Below, piece after piece: positions 29,491 to 40,554 of a stretch of 64,000 nt of DNA. Origin of the DNA: an uncultured delta proteobacterium (GTDB taxonomy: Bacteria > Myxococcota_A > Polyangia > Fen-1088); assembly GCA_963737265.1 (NCBI GenBank), contig CAVTRY010000007.1:1-64000 (forward strand), in the 5' to 3' direction. The notes under the pieces are model-generated. The model made no database searches and had not been told where the DNA came from. It saw nothing but the letters and a program-made list of their open reading frames with translations. Numbering within the stretch: the first letter of the stretch is position 1; every line of letters starts with the position of its first letter. Both the position numbers and the translations under genes were made by a program.

Positions 29491-30921
29491 ATGCCCGATA
29501 GCCGTTATCGAATTACAGAAAAGATTGCTAGCGGCGGGATGGCCGAGGTTTTCAAGGGCGTTGCCGAGTCCTTGCAGGGCTTCCGCAAGAACGTCGCCAT
29601 CAAGCGCGTCTTGCCCGCGCTCACCAAGAACACCAAGTTCGTCACCATGTTCCTGGACGAGGCGCGGCTTTCGCTGTTCCTCCAGCACGCCAACATCGTC
29701 CAGGTATTCGACATCGGTCACGCCGACGACACTTACTTCATCGTCATGGAGTTCGTGGACGGCGTGGATCTCAAGGCCCTGATGGAATGGCGCCGCCGGG
29801 TCGGCCGGCGCCTGACCATCGGTCAGACCATCTACATCATCATGGAGGTCTGCAAGGGCCTGGCCTACGCCCACGACCTCACCCATCCCGAGACCGGCGA
29901 ACGCCTCGGCATCGTCCACCGCGATGTTTCGCCCGCCAACGTCCTGATTTCGCGCAACGGTGAAATCAAGCTGGCCGACTTCGGGCTGGCCAAGGCCGCA
30001 AGCCAAGTGGAATCGACCGATCCCGGCGTGGTCAAGGGCAAGATGAGCTATCTCTCGCCCGAGGCAGCGCGCGGCGAGAACGTCGATCACCGCGCGGACA
30101 TCTTCTCGGTCGGCATCCTGCTTTACGAGATGCTGACCGGCAAACGGCTGTTCTACGGCGATAGCGACTACCAAACCGTCGAGCTGGTGCGCAACGCGAA
30201 GATACCGCCCATCGCCGCGCAGAACCCCGAGGTCGAGCCCGAGTTCGAGGAGATCTGCCGCAAGGCCCTCACCCGTCGCACCGAGGATCGCTTTCAAAGC
30301 GCCACCGATCTGCAGGATGCGCTGGCGCACTACCTCTTTTCGCGCGGGCTCAAGATGATCCAGCGCGATATCGCCGATCTCGTGCGCGCCTGCATCGAGG
30401 ACCAGTCAACGCAGTCCGCGGGGGGCAAGGCGAAGCGCTTCGGTACCATCGATACCATTCTGCACGCCGAGCTCGATGCGTTCACCTCGCTAGAGCTCGA
30501 CAGCGATGTTCAGGATGCACCCGTCAGTGGTGCCCCGCCCGTAACGGCGGGCGGGCAGCCAGGCAGCTTCATCGACACGCGCGCATGGTCGTCGGAGGCC
30601 GACTGGCCAGAAAAGCGCGCCTCGGGCCGCCGCGACACCGTGGGCGATTTCCCGAGCCGAGGGCCCACGCCATTCCAGCGCGACACCGTCAACGAGATGC
30701 AAGCGAGGACGAGCCAGCCCCTGCTGGCGACCGACGCCCCTCCGGCACCGCCCAACCTGTCGCCGTATTCCCAGCCCGTGCCCGTCGGGAACGCCTTCGC
30801 TCCCGCTCGCCCCGATTCGGCACCGCACCCCGCGGTTCGCCGGGGCCTCTTGCTTGGGGTCATGGTGGGAGCCGTCGCGATTGGCGCGCTCCTCGCCTGG
30901 CTGCTGTTCAGAGGTCGTTAG
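29491..30921 (+). CDS. Ser/Thr protein kinase with C-terminal membrane anchor
   Basis: GGMAEVF, VAIK, HRDVSPAN, DFG, YLSPE. Confidence 0.96.
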   Translation: MPDSRYRITEKIASGGMAEVFKGVAESLQGFRKNVAIKRVLPALTKNTKFVTMFLDEARLSLFLQHANIVQVFDIGHADDTYFIVMEFVDGVDLKALMEWRRRVGRRLTIGQTIYIIMEVCKGLAYAHDLTHPETGERLGIVHRDVSPANVLISRNGEIKLADFGLAKAASQVESTDPGVVKGKMSYLSPEAARGENVDHRADIFSVGILLYEMLTGKRLFYGDSDYQTVELVRNAKIPPIAAQNPEVEPEFEEICRKALTRRTEDRFQSATDLQDALAHYLFSRGLKMIQRDIADLVRACIEDQSTQSAGGKAKRFGTIDTILHAELDAFTSLELDSDVQDAPVSGAPPVTAGGQPGSFIDTRAWSSEADWPEKRASGRRDTVGDFPSRGPTPFQRDTVNEMQARTSQPLLATDAPPAPPNLSPYSQPVPVGNAFAPARPDSAPHPAVRRGLLLGVMVGAVAIGALLAWLLFRGR

Positions 30922-30949
30922 TGACGTCCTTTTAGCGGGATCGCCTGAT

Positions 30950-32155
30950 ATGGTGGCAAGCGCTGCGTTGGTTCTTTCGCTCGCCGCCGTTTCAGGCTTG
31001 GCCACGCCGGAGAGCGTGTCGGAGGCGCTCAACCGCTTGGGAGATGCCGACGTGGTCGTCGTCAACGACCCGCTCGGGACGCGACCGGTGCGCGTCCTTG
31101 TCGCGACGCGGGTGTCGGTATCGGCGGAGAAAGTACGCCGATTGCTCGCCGAGCCCGCGTCTTATGCGAGCGCCATACCCTCGTTTCGCCGCGTGGATGT
31201 CGTGTCCCGCCACGAGCGCGGACCAGGCGTGGTGGATCTCGAAATAGCGTGGGAGCTGGAAGTGCCGCTGTGGAACCTGGAAGGCAAACTGTGGTTGCGG
31301 CCGCGGCCCGACGGCGCGGATTTGGAGCTTGGGCAGGGCGACTTTGCGCCAGGCCTGTTCCACATCACGGCGCGGGCCGAAAAGCCGGGACGCACGATAC
31401 TCGCCATCGAGGGCTTCGCCAACGTTCGCGACGCCAACTGGGCCACGCGCCGGCTGGCCCGCCAATCGGCGCTAGCCGAGCCCGCCATCAGCGTCGCCGC
31501 GACCTACGTCCTGCTCAAGGCCCTGGCGTTGCAAGTCGAGCAGGGAACCTATGCGCGCCCAAGTGCTGCCCTAACCACGCCCGATTTTTCCTCCTTCGAC
31601 GGTGTGCCAGTTGGCCGGACAGCCGACATCCTTGCCGATTCAGGCGCGGCATTGGCCGCCGTGCGCAGCCGAAGCGATGGCCGACTTCTTCGCGTCGAGG
31701 CCGCAGTTCACACGGCGGCGTCGGCCGCGACGGCCTCCGACCGAAGCCATCGTCCCGAAGTCTTTCGTGCCCTGCCGGGCTGGCGCAAAGTCACGCCGGT
31801 CGGCGGAAGGGCAAGCAGGGTCGACGAGTGCAAGGACGGCAGCGCGCAGTGCTGGGAGGTCGATACCGACCTACCCTTCTTCTCCCTCGACGGGATCTGG
31901 AAGATCTGGCCGCGCCCGTGGCGTGCCCGCGCCGTGGACGGCGACGGCAAGGGAGCGCTGATGGCACTCGACCTTGTTCCAGGAAGAACTCCCGAGCGCG
32001 CCGTCGTGGTTCTTTCCCAACATCCGCGTATCGACAAGGCCGGCTACGTCGCCCGCAAGCTCATCGCGGCCGAGCCGCTTCTCGAGCACGGGCTCGCGCT
32101 CGCACTCACCCTGGTGGACGCCATCGCGCTGGGATCGGCGTTGGCGAAGGACTAG
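30950..32155 (+). CDS. Hypothetical exported protein, possibly two SRPBCC/START-like domains
   Basis: Long GC3-rich ORF with a signal-like start. The domain call is by pattern only. Confidence 0.6.
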   Translation: MVASAALVLSLAAVSGLATPESVSEALNRLGDADVVVVNDPLGTRPVRVLVATRVSVSAEKVRRLLAEPASYASAIPSFRRVDVVSRHERGPGVVDLEIAWELEVPLWNLEGKLWLRPRPDGADLELGQGDFAPGLFHITARAEKPGRTILAIEGFANVRDANWATRRLARQSALAEPAISVAATYVLLKALALQVEQGTYARPSAALTTPDFSSFDGVPVGRTADILADSGAALAAVRSRSDGRLLRVEAAVHTAASAATASDRSHRPEVFRALPGWRKVTPVGGRASRVDECKDGSAQCWEVDTDLPFFSLDGIWKIWPRPWRARAVDGDGKGALMALDLVPGRTPERAVVVLSQHPRIDKAGYVARKLIAAEPLLEHGLALALTLVDAIALGSALAKD

Positions 32156-32258
32156 AGCACCGAACGGAGTCGAGTATTATCGCTCCTCGCGCCTTGGGCC
32201 GCTCGCAACTTCTTGATTTCGCTCGGTCCGTCAGCCCGTTCGGTGCTCTAGAACTAGG

Positions 32259-32762
32259 CTAGCTGGCTAGCTGGCAGTAGCCCACGCCTGTGAACGGCAG
32301 CAAAGGTTGACAGATTCCGCCAAGCACACAGGTTGTTGGATCGAGAAGGTCACAAAGGGTGAGGCAAAGCGCGACCGTCGAAGAGACACCGACGCAGGTC
32401 AGCCCCTGCTCGCAGTCGTTGGGAAAAACGCACCGCCCTTCGGAGCTGACTGCACCCGCCGGTTGGCAACGGGCAACCCCGCTGATGGGATAACACGCGT
32501 AGCCTGGACAGGCGCCGCAATTCTGTTTGAGAAGGTCGCAAGGAGGAGGGCAGGCGAGCGCTTGATCGGAGATCGAACCCGCAGCGGCCTCCCGCACGTC
32601 CGCTAGGACGGCCACAGCTCCGTCGGGGACAACGATGCCAGACGGTTGCCCGCCTGGGATGGGGTTGCCGGAGTAAGGCAAGACCGGGCCGGACTGATCC
32701 TGAGCGACGCAACTCGCGAGAGCGAGCGCGACCAGCGGGAGCAGGATGCGTCCACGATGCAT
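32259..32762 (-). CDS. Cys-rich lipoprotein
   Basis: Lipobox LASC; CDLLKQNC...C repeats typical of myxobacterial disulfide-rich proteins. Confidence 0.7.
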   Translation of the reverse strand: MHRGRILLPLVALALASCVAQDQSGPVLPYSGNPIPGGQPSGIVVPDGAVAVLADVREAAAGSISDQALACPPPCDLLKQNCGACPGYACYPISGVARCQPAGAVSSEGRCVFPNDCEQGLTCVGVSSTVALCLTLCDLLDPTTCVLGGICQPLLPFTGVGYCQLAS

Positions 32763-32889
32763 GGTTGGGTCCGGAACGGCCCGAACGAACGGTGCCTCTT
32801 TCGACTGCAAGTATACATGGCACCGGCGCGAAATGCAGTGGGGACCCAACGTGCTTGCGCTAGGCCCGCTTCAGGATGAAGCTTCCACC

Positions 32890-33501
32890 ATGCGATCCCC
32901 TGTGCGCGTCAGAACCCTCCGCCTGGTTCCGGTCGGCGCTGCGATGCTAGCTGCCGCGGTTTCATTCGGCGGCTGCCGCAAGATTCTGGGCAGCAGCGAC
33001 CAGACGTCGATGGGCGACATCGAAACCAACCTTGAGCAGCTGATCAGCGTGACGGCGACGGGCCTCGACCTGCAAGTGAGCCCGCGCTTTCTGACCTTCG
33101 GGCCTTTGCCGAGCGCCGCACCTTGGGACGCGCCCGTGCCGAGAACGCGGAGCTTCGAAGTCCAAGGGCGCAGGGTCAGCTTTAAGACCGGCAGCGATGG
33201 TCTCATCCGCGAGCGCTACGAGGCGCGCGCCTGTCCCTTGCGCGAAATTTGGAGCTGCGTAGAGCTCTGGGCCACGGGAAAATTCGGCAAGAATGGCCAG
33301 CTGGCTTGCGTGGGACTGCGGCTCCAAAAGGGTGGCACCATCGAAAAACGAAATCTCGACATGCGCGTGGCTGACAACTGCCCGTTTCTGAGCAGCGGCC
33401 CTGGCCCAGCCCAACAGGTCGTGCGTGGGCTCGAAAAAGCACAGCTTGAACACACGCAGCGACAAGAGGCGGACAAGTATCTCGATCCCAAGGCCGAGTA
33501 G
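32890..33501 (+). CDS. Hypothetical lipoprotein
   Basis: Lipobox-like FGGC; the ORF fills the gap between neighbours. Confidence 0.65.
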   Translation: MRSPVRVRTLRLVPVGAAMLAAAVSFGGCRKILGSSDQTSMGDIETNLEQLISVTATGLDLQVSPRFLTFGPLPSAAPWDAPVPRTRSFEVQGRRVSFKTGSDGLIRERYEARACPLREIWSCVELWATGKFGKNGQLACVGLRLQKGGTIEKRNLDMRVADNCPFLSSGPGPAQQVVRGLEKAQLEHTQRQEADKYLDPKAE

Positions 33502-33576
33502 CGCGTTCAGGAATCTGATTCGCCAGATTTGGCTTGGTTCCCTGACCCTTTTTGGGTGTACTGCTGGGGCAGAACC

Positions 33577-35361
33577 TTGGACGAGCTAGACACCTCCACC
33601 GCGACACACAGGGCCAGCGCGACCGATCCGGCGAACGTGCCCGTGGGCGAAGCTGTCGAGGAATTGCGCCGGATTTTCCGACGCGGTCAGGATCACTGGC
33701 CAAAATGCGAGGACAAGCTGGCCGAGTTGCGCGAAAGGTGGCGCGCGCAACCCGAGCTTTTCTCGCCCGACGCGGTGGCTGCCTTGCGCGAGATGGCGCT
33801 GGCGTTGCGCGGTCAAACCGGCCGCGATCGACATCTAACCAAGGCGCGCGGCGTGCTCCAGGATGTTTTCGGCTATCGTTCCTTCCGACCAGGCCAGGAA
33901 GACATCATCGCCACGGTGCTGTCGGGTCGCGACTGCGTCGGGGTCATGCCCACTGGGGCCGGCAAGTCGCTGACCTACCAGATCCCGGCTCGCATTCTCG
34001 GCGGCACGACGCTAGTCATTTCGCCGCTCATCGCCCTGATGAAGGATCAGGTCGACGCCGTCAACGAGGTCGGCCTGCGCGCGACCTTTCTCAATTCCAG
34101 TCTGCCGCCCGACGAAAAACGCGATCGAGTGGCGCGCGTTCTGCGCGGCGAGTATGAGCTTATCTACGCAGCCCCCGAGGGCATCGATGCCTCGCTGGGG
34201 CCGCTTTTCAACCGCATCAAGCCGAGGCTGGTGGCGGTCGACGAAGCCCACTGCATCAGCCAGTGGGGCCACGACTTTCGCCCCGCCTATCGCAATCTGC
34301 TGGGGGTGAAGTCACGTTTCGGCAACCCGCCCGTGCTGGCGCTGACCGCCACCGCGACCGCCGAAGTCACGCGTGACATCGTCGAACAGCTATCAATGCG
34401 CGATCCGGCCTCGTTTCGCGGCAGCTTCTTCCGTCCCAACCTGCATTTGCACGCCTATCGCAAGGGCGATAGCGGTCCCGGCGTGCGCGAGCGCATCCTC
34501 CGCCTGGCGCGTGCCCGGCCGGGACAAAGCGGAATCATCTACTGCCTGTCCCGCAAATCGACCGAACAGACCGCGGACTATCTGCGCGAACACGGCGTGG
34601 CGGCCCTCGCCTACCACGCCGGCATGGAGGCCGACAAACGCACGCGCGTGCAGGACGCTTTTCGCTGCGACAAAGCCGACGTCGTCGTCGCCACCGTGGC
34701 CTTTGGCATGGGCATCGACAAGTCCAACGTCCGCTACGTAATCCATCGCGACATGCCCCGTTCCATCGAAGGCTACTACCAGGAAATCGGCCGCGCCGGC
34801 CGCGACGGCGTGGCCAGCGATTGCGTGCTTTTCTATTCGTGGGCCGATGTCATGGGCTACGATCGGCTGTTCGAATCCAACGGCGAATTGCCGAGAGATT
34901 TGGTCGCGCGCCACCGCGACCGCGTGCGCGAGATGTTCCGCCTGGCGGAAGGAAGCACGTGCCGGCACCAGGCCCTGGCCGCCTATTTCGGCGAGGCCAT
35001 CGCGGCCTGCGGTTCGTCCTGCTGCACGTGCGCGGGCTGGGACGTGGTGGCGAGCAGCCAACCCGTCGCGCGCAAGAGCAGGAAAGGCCGGCCGGGAGCA
35101 GCGCCACTGCCGACAGCGCCCGCCACGGCTGATCCCGCGAGCGACGAAGAATCCATGTTCCTAGCGCTTAAGGCCCTGCGCCGTCGCATCGCGGACGCCG
35201 CCAAGATGCCCGCCTACATCGTATTCAGCGACGCCACCCTGCTCGCCATGGCCGAGCGAAAGCCGAAAACCAAGAATGAATTGCTCGGCATCTCGGGCGT
35301 CGGTCCCCGCAAGCTCGCGGCCTACGGTGAGGCGTTTTTGGCGGTGTTACGGGACGGATAG
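33577..35361 (+). CDS. recQ: RecQ-family DNA helicase with HRDC domain (start uncertain)
   Basis: [53 protein letters not shown]. Confidence 0.93.
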   Translation: MDELDTSTATHRASATDPANVPVGEAVEELRRIFRRGQDHWPKCEDKLAELRERWRAQPELFSPDAVAALREMALALRGQTGRDRHLTKARGVLQDVFGYRSFRPGQEDIIATVLSGRDCVGVMPTGAGKSLTYQIPARILGGTTLVISPLIALMKDQVDAVNEVGLRATFLNSSLPPDEKRDRVARVLRGEYELIYAAPEGIDASLGPLFNRIKPRLVAVDEAHCISQWGHDFRPAYRNLLGVKSRFGNPPVLALTATATAEVTRDIVEQLSMRDPASFRGSFFRPNLHLHAYRKGDSGPGVRERILRLARARPGQSGIIYCLSRKSTEQTADYLREHGVAALAYHAGMEADKRTRVQDAFRCDKADVVVATVAFGMGIDKSNVRYVIHRDMPRSIEGYYQEIGRAGRDGVASDCVLFYSWADVMGYDRLFESNGELPRDLVARHRDRVREMFRLAEGSTCRHQALAAYFGEAIAACGSSCCTCAGWDVVASSQPVARKSRKGRPGAAPLPTAPATADPASDEESMFLALKALRRRIADAAKMPAYIVFSDATLLAMAERKPKTKNELLGISGVGPRKLAAYGEAFLAVLRDG

Positions 35362-35564
35362 CGGGCGGACGACAAACTGCATCCCCTACATTCGGCAGCC
35401 TACCAACAGAAACGCCCCAGCGCCTGGACAGCGAGAGGATGGTTTCATCGATCGCCGCCCGCGCGGGCCCCTTGCCCCAGGTTTTTCCGCCAAAATCCTT
35501 GCCGGGGCTGGCAAGATCGACTTAATTAACGCCGGGTGAGCGACGGCCGCTCGGAAAGAGCAAC

Positions 35565-37469
35565 ATGATTGCACTGGGCGTAGTCTCGGTATTGGTCGCC
35601 ACGACGTTTCCCGTCGCGATCCTACTCGTGCTCAACGCACGCAAGGATCGACCCGTCTGGCAAATCGCGATGGACGTCCCCGCGGCGATCGCCATCGATT
35701 TGAGCTTGGTACTGGTGCTGTCGCGGCTGTTCGTGCTGGACATAGCGTCCTGGGTGGCGAAGGCCGTGTGGCTGGTGGTCGCGATCGGGGTACTCGTCTA
35801 CCGCAAACGCACCGGCCGCAATATGCCGGCGTGGCCGACCGAGCTCAGTCTCCAGCTACTGCTGCGCGCCCTGTTGCTGGGGGCAATCGGGCTCGGCATC
35901 AGCCTCACCATGTCCCGCTCGTGTGCGATCTGGGACCGGCAGTTCCACATTCCGCTGACCGCCTCGCTGCGCGGACAGGTCGCGCCGTTCGTGAACGTGT
36001 ACGAGCCCTGGAAGACGCTGTTTTATCACTACGGTGGCGACCTATACGGCGCGAACATGCAGGCGTACTCCTTCGGCATCCTGCACGCCTCGCACACGCT
36101 ATCTTTGATTCACGATTGCTGTTTCTTTTGGCTGGGCGTGTGCGTGGCGCTAGTCCTGCACGGCGCGGGTCAGAGAAGATCCTTCGTTGCTGCGGCGGTG
36201 TTCTTGGCCATGTTGCTCAGCGGGCCGGTGACCATGCTGGACGGCAACAAGGCTCGGCCCTCTCCGTACTCGCTGGTGAATTTCATTTGCTTGAGCTTCC
36301 GTCCGCACGTGCCGCTGGCCATCCTGCTCAACTTGCCCTTCATCGCCTTGCCCTTAGTACGTTTAAAGGAACTCAGGCGCGAAGTCTCGCTGTACGACCT
36401 GTTGCTGCCGCTAGGCGCCTGCACCGGCATCTCGATGATCACCGACGAATTCTCGGTCGGTGCGCTCGGCCTGTCGCTGGGCGTCTTGTGGCTGATCCAG
36501 CCGCGTGTGTTCGGGCGGACCAGGAAGCAGGGCATCCTGTTGTTCGTGGGCCTCGCGCTGAGCATGGTGCTGGCGACGGTCCTGTTCAAAGGCACGTTGG
36601 CCCCAGGGGCTCCTCATTACCCGATCGGTCTTGTCGCGCCGCGCCTGCCCGGCTATTACCAGCCCTCGGTTCCGCTCACCGAGGTACGCGGGCGGTTCCT
36701 ATTCTTCACGGATCTGCTGCCGATCTTGGGCGTGTTCGCGGGCGGCTTGCTGATGTTGATTCGCACGCGCGACACCCAGTTCGTCGGCACCTTCGTCGCT
36801 TACGCCGCGCTGACGCTCGTCTCCGTGTTGTTGTTCACCACCCTCGTCTACAACGGCACCGGCCTACAGAACCATCGTTTCATCACCGTGCCCATGTTAT
36901 TCGGGCCGATGATCGCAAGCGTTTGGCTCTTGCCGCGCGCGAAGAATTCCTCACCTCTGAGCGGGTTCCCGGGCATCCTGATGATGGTCGCGATCGGCCT
37001 GGGTGCAGCTACCAGCTTCGAGTGGCTGGCCGGCGGGGATGCCTACGGCGGTTGCATCGACTCGGGGTTGGGCGGGCAGAAGTTCTACGACACCGACTGT
37101 CGCGCGGAGGTGGGCAGTCACTTGGTGACCCAGCGCACGGCGACGATGTACGTCGAGCCATCCTTGGTTTATCGCTTCGCCGGCTGTCGTCCGACCTACG
37201 TCGCAGGTCCGGTCCAGAACATGGACGGGCACGACCTGAAGCAGGGCATCGCACGCATGGGCCTCGATGCCTTGCGTGAAATCGACGGCGATCCGCGGTT
37301 CTTGGCTGCTGACGCATCCGTTGCGGTGGTCTGCCCGACCACAGGCAGCACTGACCGTGCTTGCCGGTTCTTGAAGAAGGCCGGGACCTGCTCGCCCTCC
37401 GGCACCCGTAGCGAGATGTGCACGATGACAGCGCAGCAGCGGCACGCCGTCCTCGGAAGCGCCGACTAG
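35565..37469 (+). CDS. Polytopic membrane protein, possibly GT-C fold
   Basis: Many hydrophobic segments, a loop IWDRQFH...YHYG and a Cys-rich C-terminal domain. Confidence 0.7.
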   Translation: MIALGVVSVLVATTFPVAILLVLNARKDRPVWQIAMDVPAAIAIDLSLVLVLSRLFVLDIASWVAKAVWLVVAIGVLVYRKRTGRNMPAWPTELSLQLLLRALLLGAIGLGISLTMSRSCAIWDRQFHIPLTASLRGQVAPFVNVYEPWKTLFYHYGGDLYGANMQAYSFGILHASHTLSLIHDCCFFWLGVCVALVLHGAGQRRSFVAAAVFLAMLLSGPVTMLDGNKARPSPYSLVNFICLSFRPHVPLAILLNLPFIALPLVRLKELRREVSLYDLLLPLGACTGISMITDEFSVGALGLSLGVLWLIQPRVFGRTRKQGILLFVGLALSMVLATVLFKGTLAPGAPHYPIGLVAPRLPGYYQPSVPLTEVRGRFLFFTDLLPILGVFAGGLLMLIRTRDTQFVGTFVAYAALTLVSVLLFTTLVYNGTGLQNHRFITVPMLFGPMIASVWLLPRAKNSSPLSGFPGILMMVAIGLGAATSFEWLAGGDAYGGCIDSGLGGQKFYDTDCRAEVGSHLVTQRTATMYVEPSLVYRFAGCRPTYVAGPVQNMDGHDLKQGIARMGLDALREIDGDPRFLAADASVAVVCPTTGSTDRACRFLKKAGTCSPSGTRSEMCTMTAQQRHAVLGSAD

Positions 37470-37470
37470 C

Positions 37471-38298
37471 CTAGGCCTTCTTCGGTTGAGACAGGGAAAT
37501 CACGGTGTTCCAGCAGTACCGTCCCAGCGCTGGCACGAGCGAGAGGACGGTTTGATCGATCTTCTTCAGGTGCTTGAACCACGGCTCGATCTTGGCGGCA
37601 TCGGTATAGATCTTTTTCCAGTAACGCTCGCGGTTTGGATTCACGCGATCCCAAAGATAGAACTTCAGAAAGACCGAGAGCGAGGCTAGCCAAAACTCCC
37701 GATGGTTGATTCCGCCGAAACTGCGCCCGAATCGTTCGATTTGTTTGAACGAAATCGGTACCTCGTCAGGGGTGCGCACTTCCTTGGCGATTTTTCGGTA
37801 GACGTTAATGATAGGGTTATAGGGCAGCGGTTCAATGAAACATCCAATGCCGCTCGGCCGTAGAATGCGCGCAAGCTCCGGAATGGCCGTGTCATGTGGC
37901 ACGTGGTGAAGCACGCCGTTCCCATAGATGCGGTCGAACTCCCCATCGTCCGCTGGAACACGATTTCCTGCTACCAATCGAGTCTCGATGGTCACGCCGT
38001 GCCGCTCGGCCAGGCGTTGGGCCAGATTCAACATGCCCGGTGAAACATCCGTCGCGACGACCTGTGCGCCCTGCTTGGCTAAATACACGCCCGCTTCGGC
38101 TGCGCCACAACCATAGTCGAGGACCCGCAGACCACGAATGTCGCCAAATACCTGCAACACATACTGGTTTTCGAGACCCGTGATGGACGTGAAAGTCTCG
38201 TCGACCAGTATCTCGTCCACGTCCACACTGTGCGCCCACACGTCATGAAAGCCAGCTTCGCGCTGACGACGAAGATCCTCTGGGGTTTCGATAGTCAC
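37471..38298 (-). CDS. Class I SAM-dependent methyltransferase
   Basis: VLDYGCGAA, DVSPGM, FDRIYGNGVLHH, FIEP. The start is taken at GTG 38298. Confidence 0.9.
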   Translation of the reverse strand: MTIETPEDLRRQREAGFHDVWAHSVDVDEILVDETFTSITGLENQYVLQVFGDIRGLRVLDYGCGAAEAGVYLAKQGAQVVATDVSPGMLNLAQRLAERHGVTIETRLVAGNRVPADDGEFDRIYGNGVLHHVPHDTAIPELARILRPSGIGCFIEPLPYNPIINVYRKIAKEVRTPDEVPISFKQIERFGRSFGGINHREFWLASLSVFLKFYLWDRVNPNRERYWKKIYTDAAKIEPWFKHLKKIDQTVLSLVPALGRYCWNTVISLSQPKKA

Positions 38299-38508
38299 GA
38301 AGACATGATTACGCGAGTCGCGGCAGGCATGCAATCGCACGCTTGGCGGCGCAGCGCGCCGCTGTGCGACTGGACGTGTTTTACAGCGCCAACGGGCCTA
38401 ACCAATCCGACGCAAACGAGCGCTCCGTCATGCGGACCGTGAGTACGACGACAAGCTTTCGGCAGTCCGTGCGCAAATACTCGCACATGCTCAGCTGCCT
38501 TTGTGCAT

Positions 38509-40512
38509 TCAGCGGCGTCTGAACAGTGCGGCATAGTCGTTCTCGAACTCGACCTGCCACTTGGGGTCTGCGTGTAGCTCTTCGATGTAGCGATCCGTGG
38601 GCTCGATCATCGGCGGCAGCTTGTCCAAGATGATGTAGTTGGCGCGCTGCTCGGGCCCGTTCGACTGACCGAGGTACGGGTAAACGTAGGCCACGTCGTG
38701 ATCGGAGAGCTGTGGGTTGAGCAGCCAACTGGTCGAGACGATGGCGTCCGCTGGAACGCGGTGGATCGCTTCCCAGATCCCGCGCTCGCGCTTGCCGAAG
38801 GGCGGGACCTGCGAAAGGCAGCCGAGGTTGCCGTGGTAGCGGTACTCGTTCTCGCGCACCGGGTGATTGCCGTATTCCAGCTTGTACGTCTTGGACGCGA
38901 TGTTGCCGTACAGGATGTTGCAAGCGAGCGCCGCGCTGCCGACGAACAACAAAATCGGCAGTTGCCGCTGGCGGCCCCAGGCTTTGCGCACGCTCTTGGA
39001 AAGCAGCAGGGAGCGAATGCCCATCATGCCCATCAAGATCGCGGGCGGCGTGATGGGGGCGCCGTAATTGATGCCGTTCGAGTAGAAGTCCGGGTTTCCG
39101 CTGGCCAGCAGCAGGGGCAACGCGGGCAGCAAGAACCAAGCGGCGCGCCAGCCGAACAGCGCGACGAGGCCCATCGGAATGAACGACAGCCAGGCGTATT
39201 CAGTGCGCACCGGCGAGAGCATGGAGTCGAAGACGCCGAAGGGGTTCAAGAGTAGCACGCGGACGAAGCCATCTGGTCCCGACGAGTCGAAGAACAGCGA
39301 GAAGTGCCGGCCCATGCGCGGCTCGCCGCCGAAGGCCGGCATGAGCACGGCAGTCATCAGCACGTAGATCGCGCCGGACGCGACGACCGTGACGAGCCCG
39401 GCACGAAAGCGCACGCGATCGAACTTACCGAACAACCAGAACAGGCCCACTGCCGCCGCATAGATGCCCGTTTCCTCGCGGCAGATCGCCACCAACAGGG
39501 CCATCGCGATGGCCCAACGGGGCCTCTTAGCCTCCATGAAGCCGACCGCTAAGAGCATCAGCGGAATGGCGCAGATGTTGGCGTGAATGTCGTGCAGGCA
39601 GTAGCTCTGAACCTGCGGATTGAGTGCATAGGCGAAGGCCGCGAGCACCGCCAAGCCGCGATGCAGGAACCAACGCCGCCCCGCCATGTAGGCGCCAAAT
39701 ACTCCGCTGCCCATCAGGGCGGCCTGCAGCCAAAGGACTGTGCGCGGGTCCTTCCACAGCGCGTAGAACGGCGCATACAAGTAGTAGATGCCCGGTGCGT
39801 GCAGGTTGAAATACGGCGCGGGCAAATGCTTGCCTGGGTAATACGATTCGGCACCGGTCGAGATGGTGGGGATGCCGTGACGTAGGATGCCAGCGACGGC
39901 ATTCAGCTCCCACGAGTAGTCGTATGGGTGCGCGTAGAAAGCCGACGCGCGGCGATGCGAGAGAAAGCCGATCACGGCCACGAACAAGACGAACGAGCCG
40001 GAGACGAGTGCCCAAGCGATCCGCTTCGACGGCTCGGGCAACGTGAGTTTCCGGTCGCGCGCGAAGCACGCGCCGACGTACGCTACCGCCGCGGAAAGCA
40101 TCAGCACCGACACACCGGCCAAGAACGCGTGTTCGTACTCGAACACCGGCAAGCACAGCACCGGTAGGCCCACCGAAGCGACGGCGAGCCAATAGCCGTA
40201 GGGCGCGTGTTTGTAGGTCTCTTTCCGGATCTGCCGCAGCACCAAGATGATGTGCAGCCCGGCACCGACGAGCGCGGCCAAGAGCAGCTTGGCCGCGAGC
40301 CTGCGCGGTTCGGCTTGGGCCGAGCGAACGCCGCCGTCTTCCGCGCGCAGCACCAAATCGTAAACGAGTGGCAAGTAGCGCAGCTGCCAAAACGTGGACA
40401 GCGCGAAGCTCCAGCCGAGCACGATCAGGAGCGCAGGCGCCCACAAGCGCGAGATGGTCTCAGGCCAGGACAGCGTCGCGGCCGTGGCTGCGCCAGGCGT
40501 CGCCAGAGCCAC
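38509..40512 (-). CDS. DUF2079-like membrane protein (putative GT-C glycosyltransferase)
   Basis: YDY..E, FNLH, LWLQAAL, HDIH, CREE motifs align with the two neighbouring paralogues. Confidence 0.8.
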   Translation of the reverse strand: MALATPGAATAATLSWPETISRLWAPALLIVLGWSFALSTFWQLRYLPLVYDLVLRAEDGGVRSAQAEPRRLAAKLLLAALVGAGLHIILVLRQIRKETYKHAPYGYWLAVASVGLPVLCLPVFEYEHAFLAGVSVLMLSAAVAYVGACFARDRKLTLPEPSKRIAWALVSGSFVLFVAVIGFLSHRRASAFYAHPYDYSWELNAVAGILRHGIPTISTGAESYYPGKHLPAPYFNLHAPGIYYLYAPFYALWKDPRTVLWLQAALMGSGVFGAYMAGRRWFLHRGLAVLAAFAYALNPQVQSYCLHDIHANICAIPLMLLAVGFMEAKRPRWAIAMALLVAICREETGIYAAAVGLFWLFGKFDRVRFRAGLVTVVASGAIYVLMTAVLMPAFGGEPRMGRHFSLFFDSSGPDGFVRVLLLNPFGVFDSMLSPVRTEYAWLSFIPMGLVALFGWRAAWFLLPALPLLLASGNPDFYSNGINYGAPITPPAILMGMMGIRSLLLSKSVRKAWGRQRQLPILLFVGSAALACNILYGNIASKTYKLEYGNHPVRENEYRYHGNLGCLSQVPPFGKRERGIWEAIHRVPADAIVSTSWLLNPQLSDHDVAYVYPYLGQSNGPEQRANYIILDKLPPMIEPTDRYIEELHADPKWQVEFENDYAALFRRR

Positions 40513-40554
40513 GCCTTCGGCAGTCTTCGGCTCTCCGCTAGGTTCGGTTCGAGC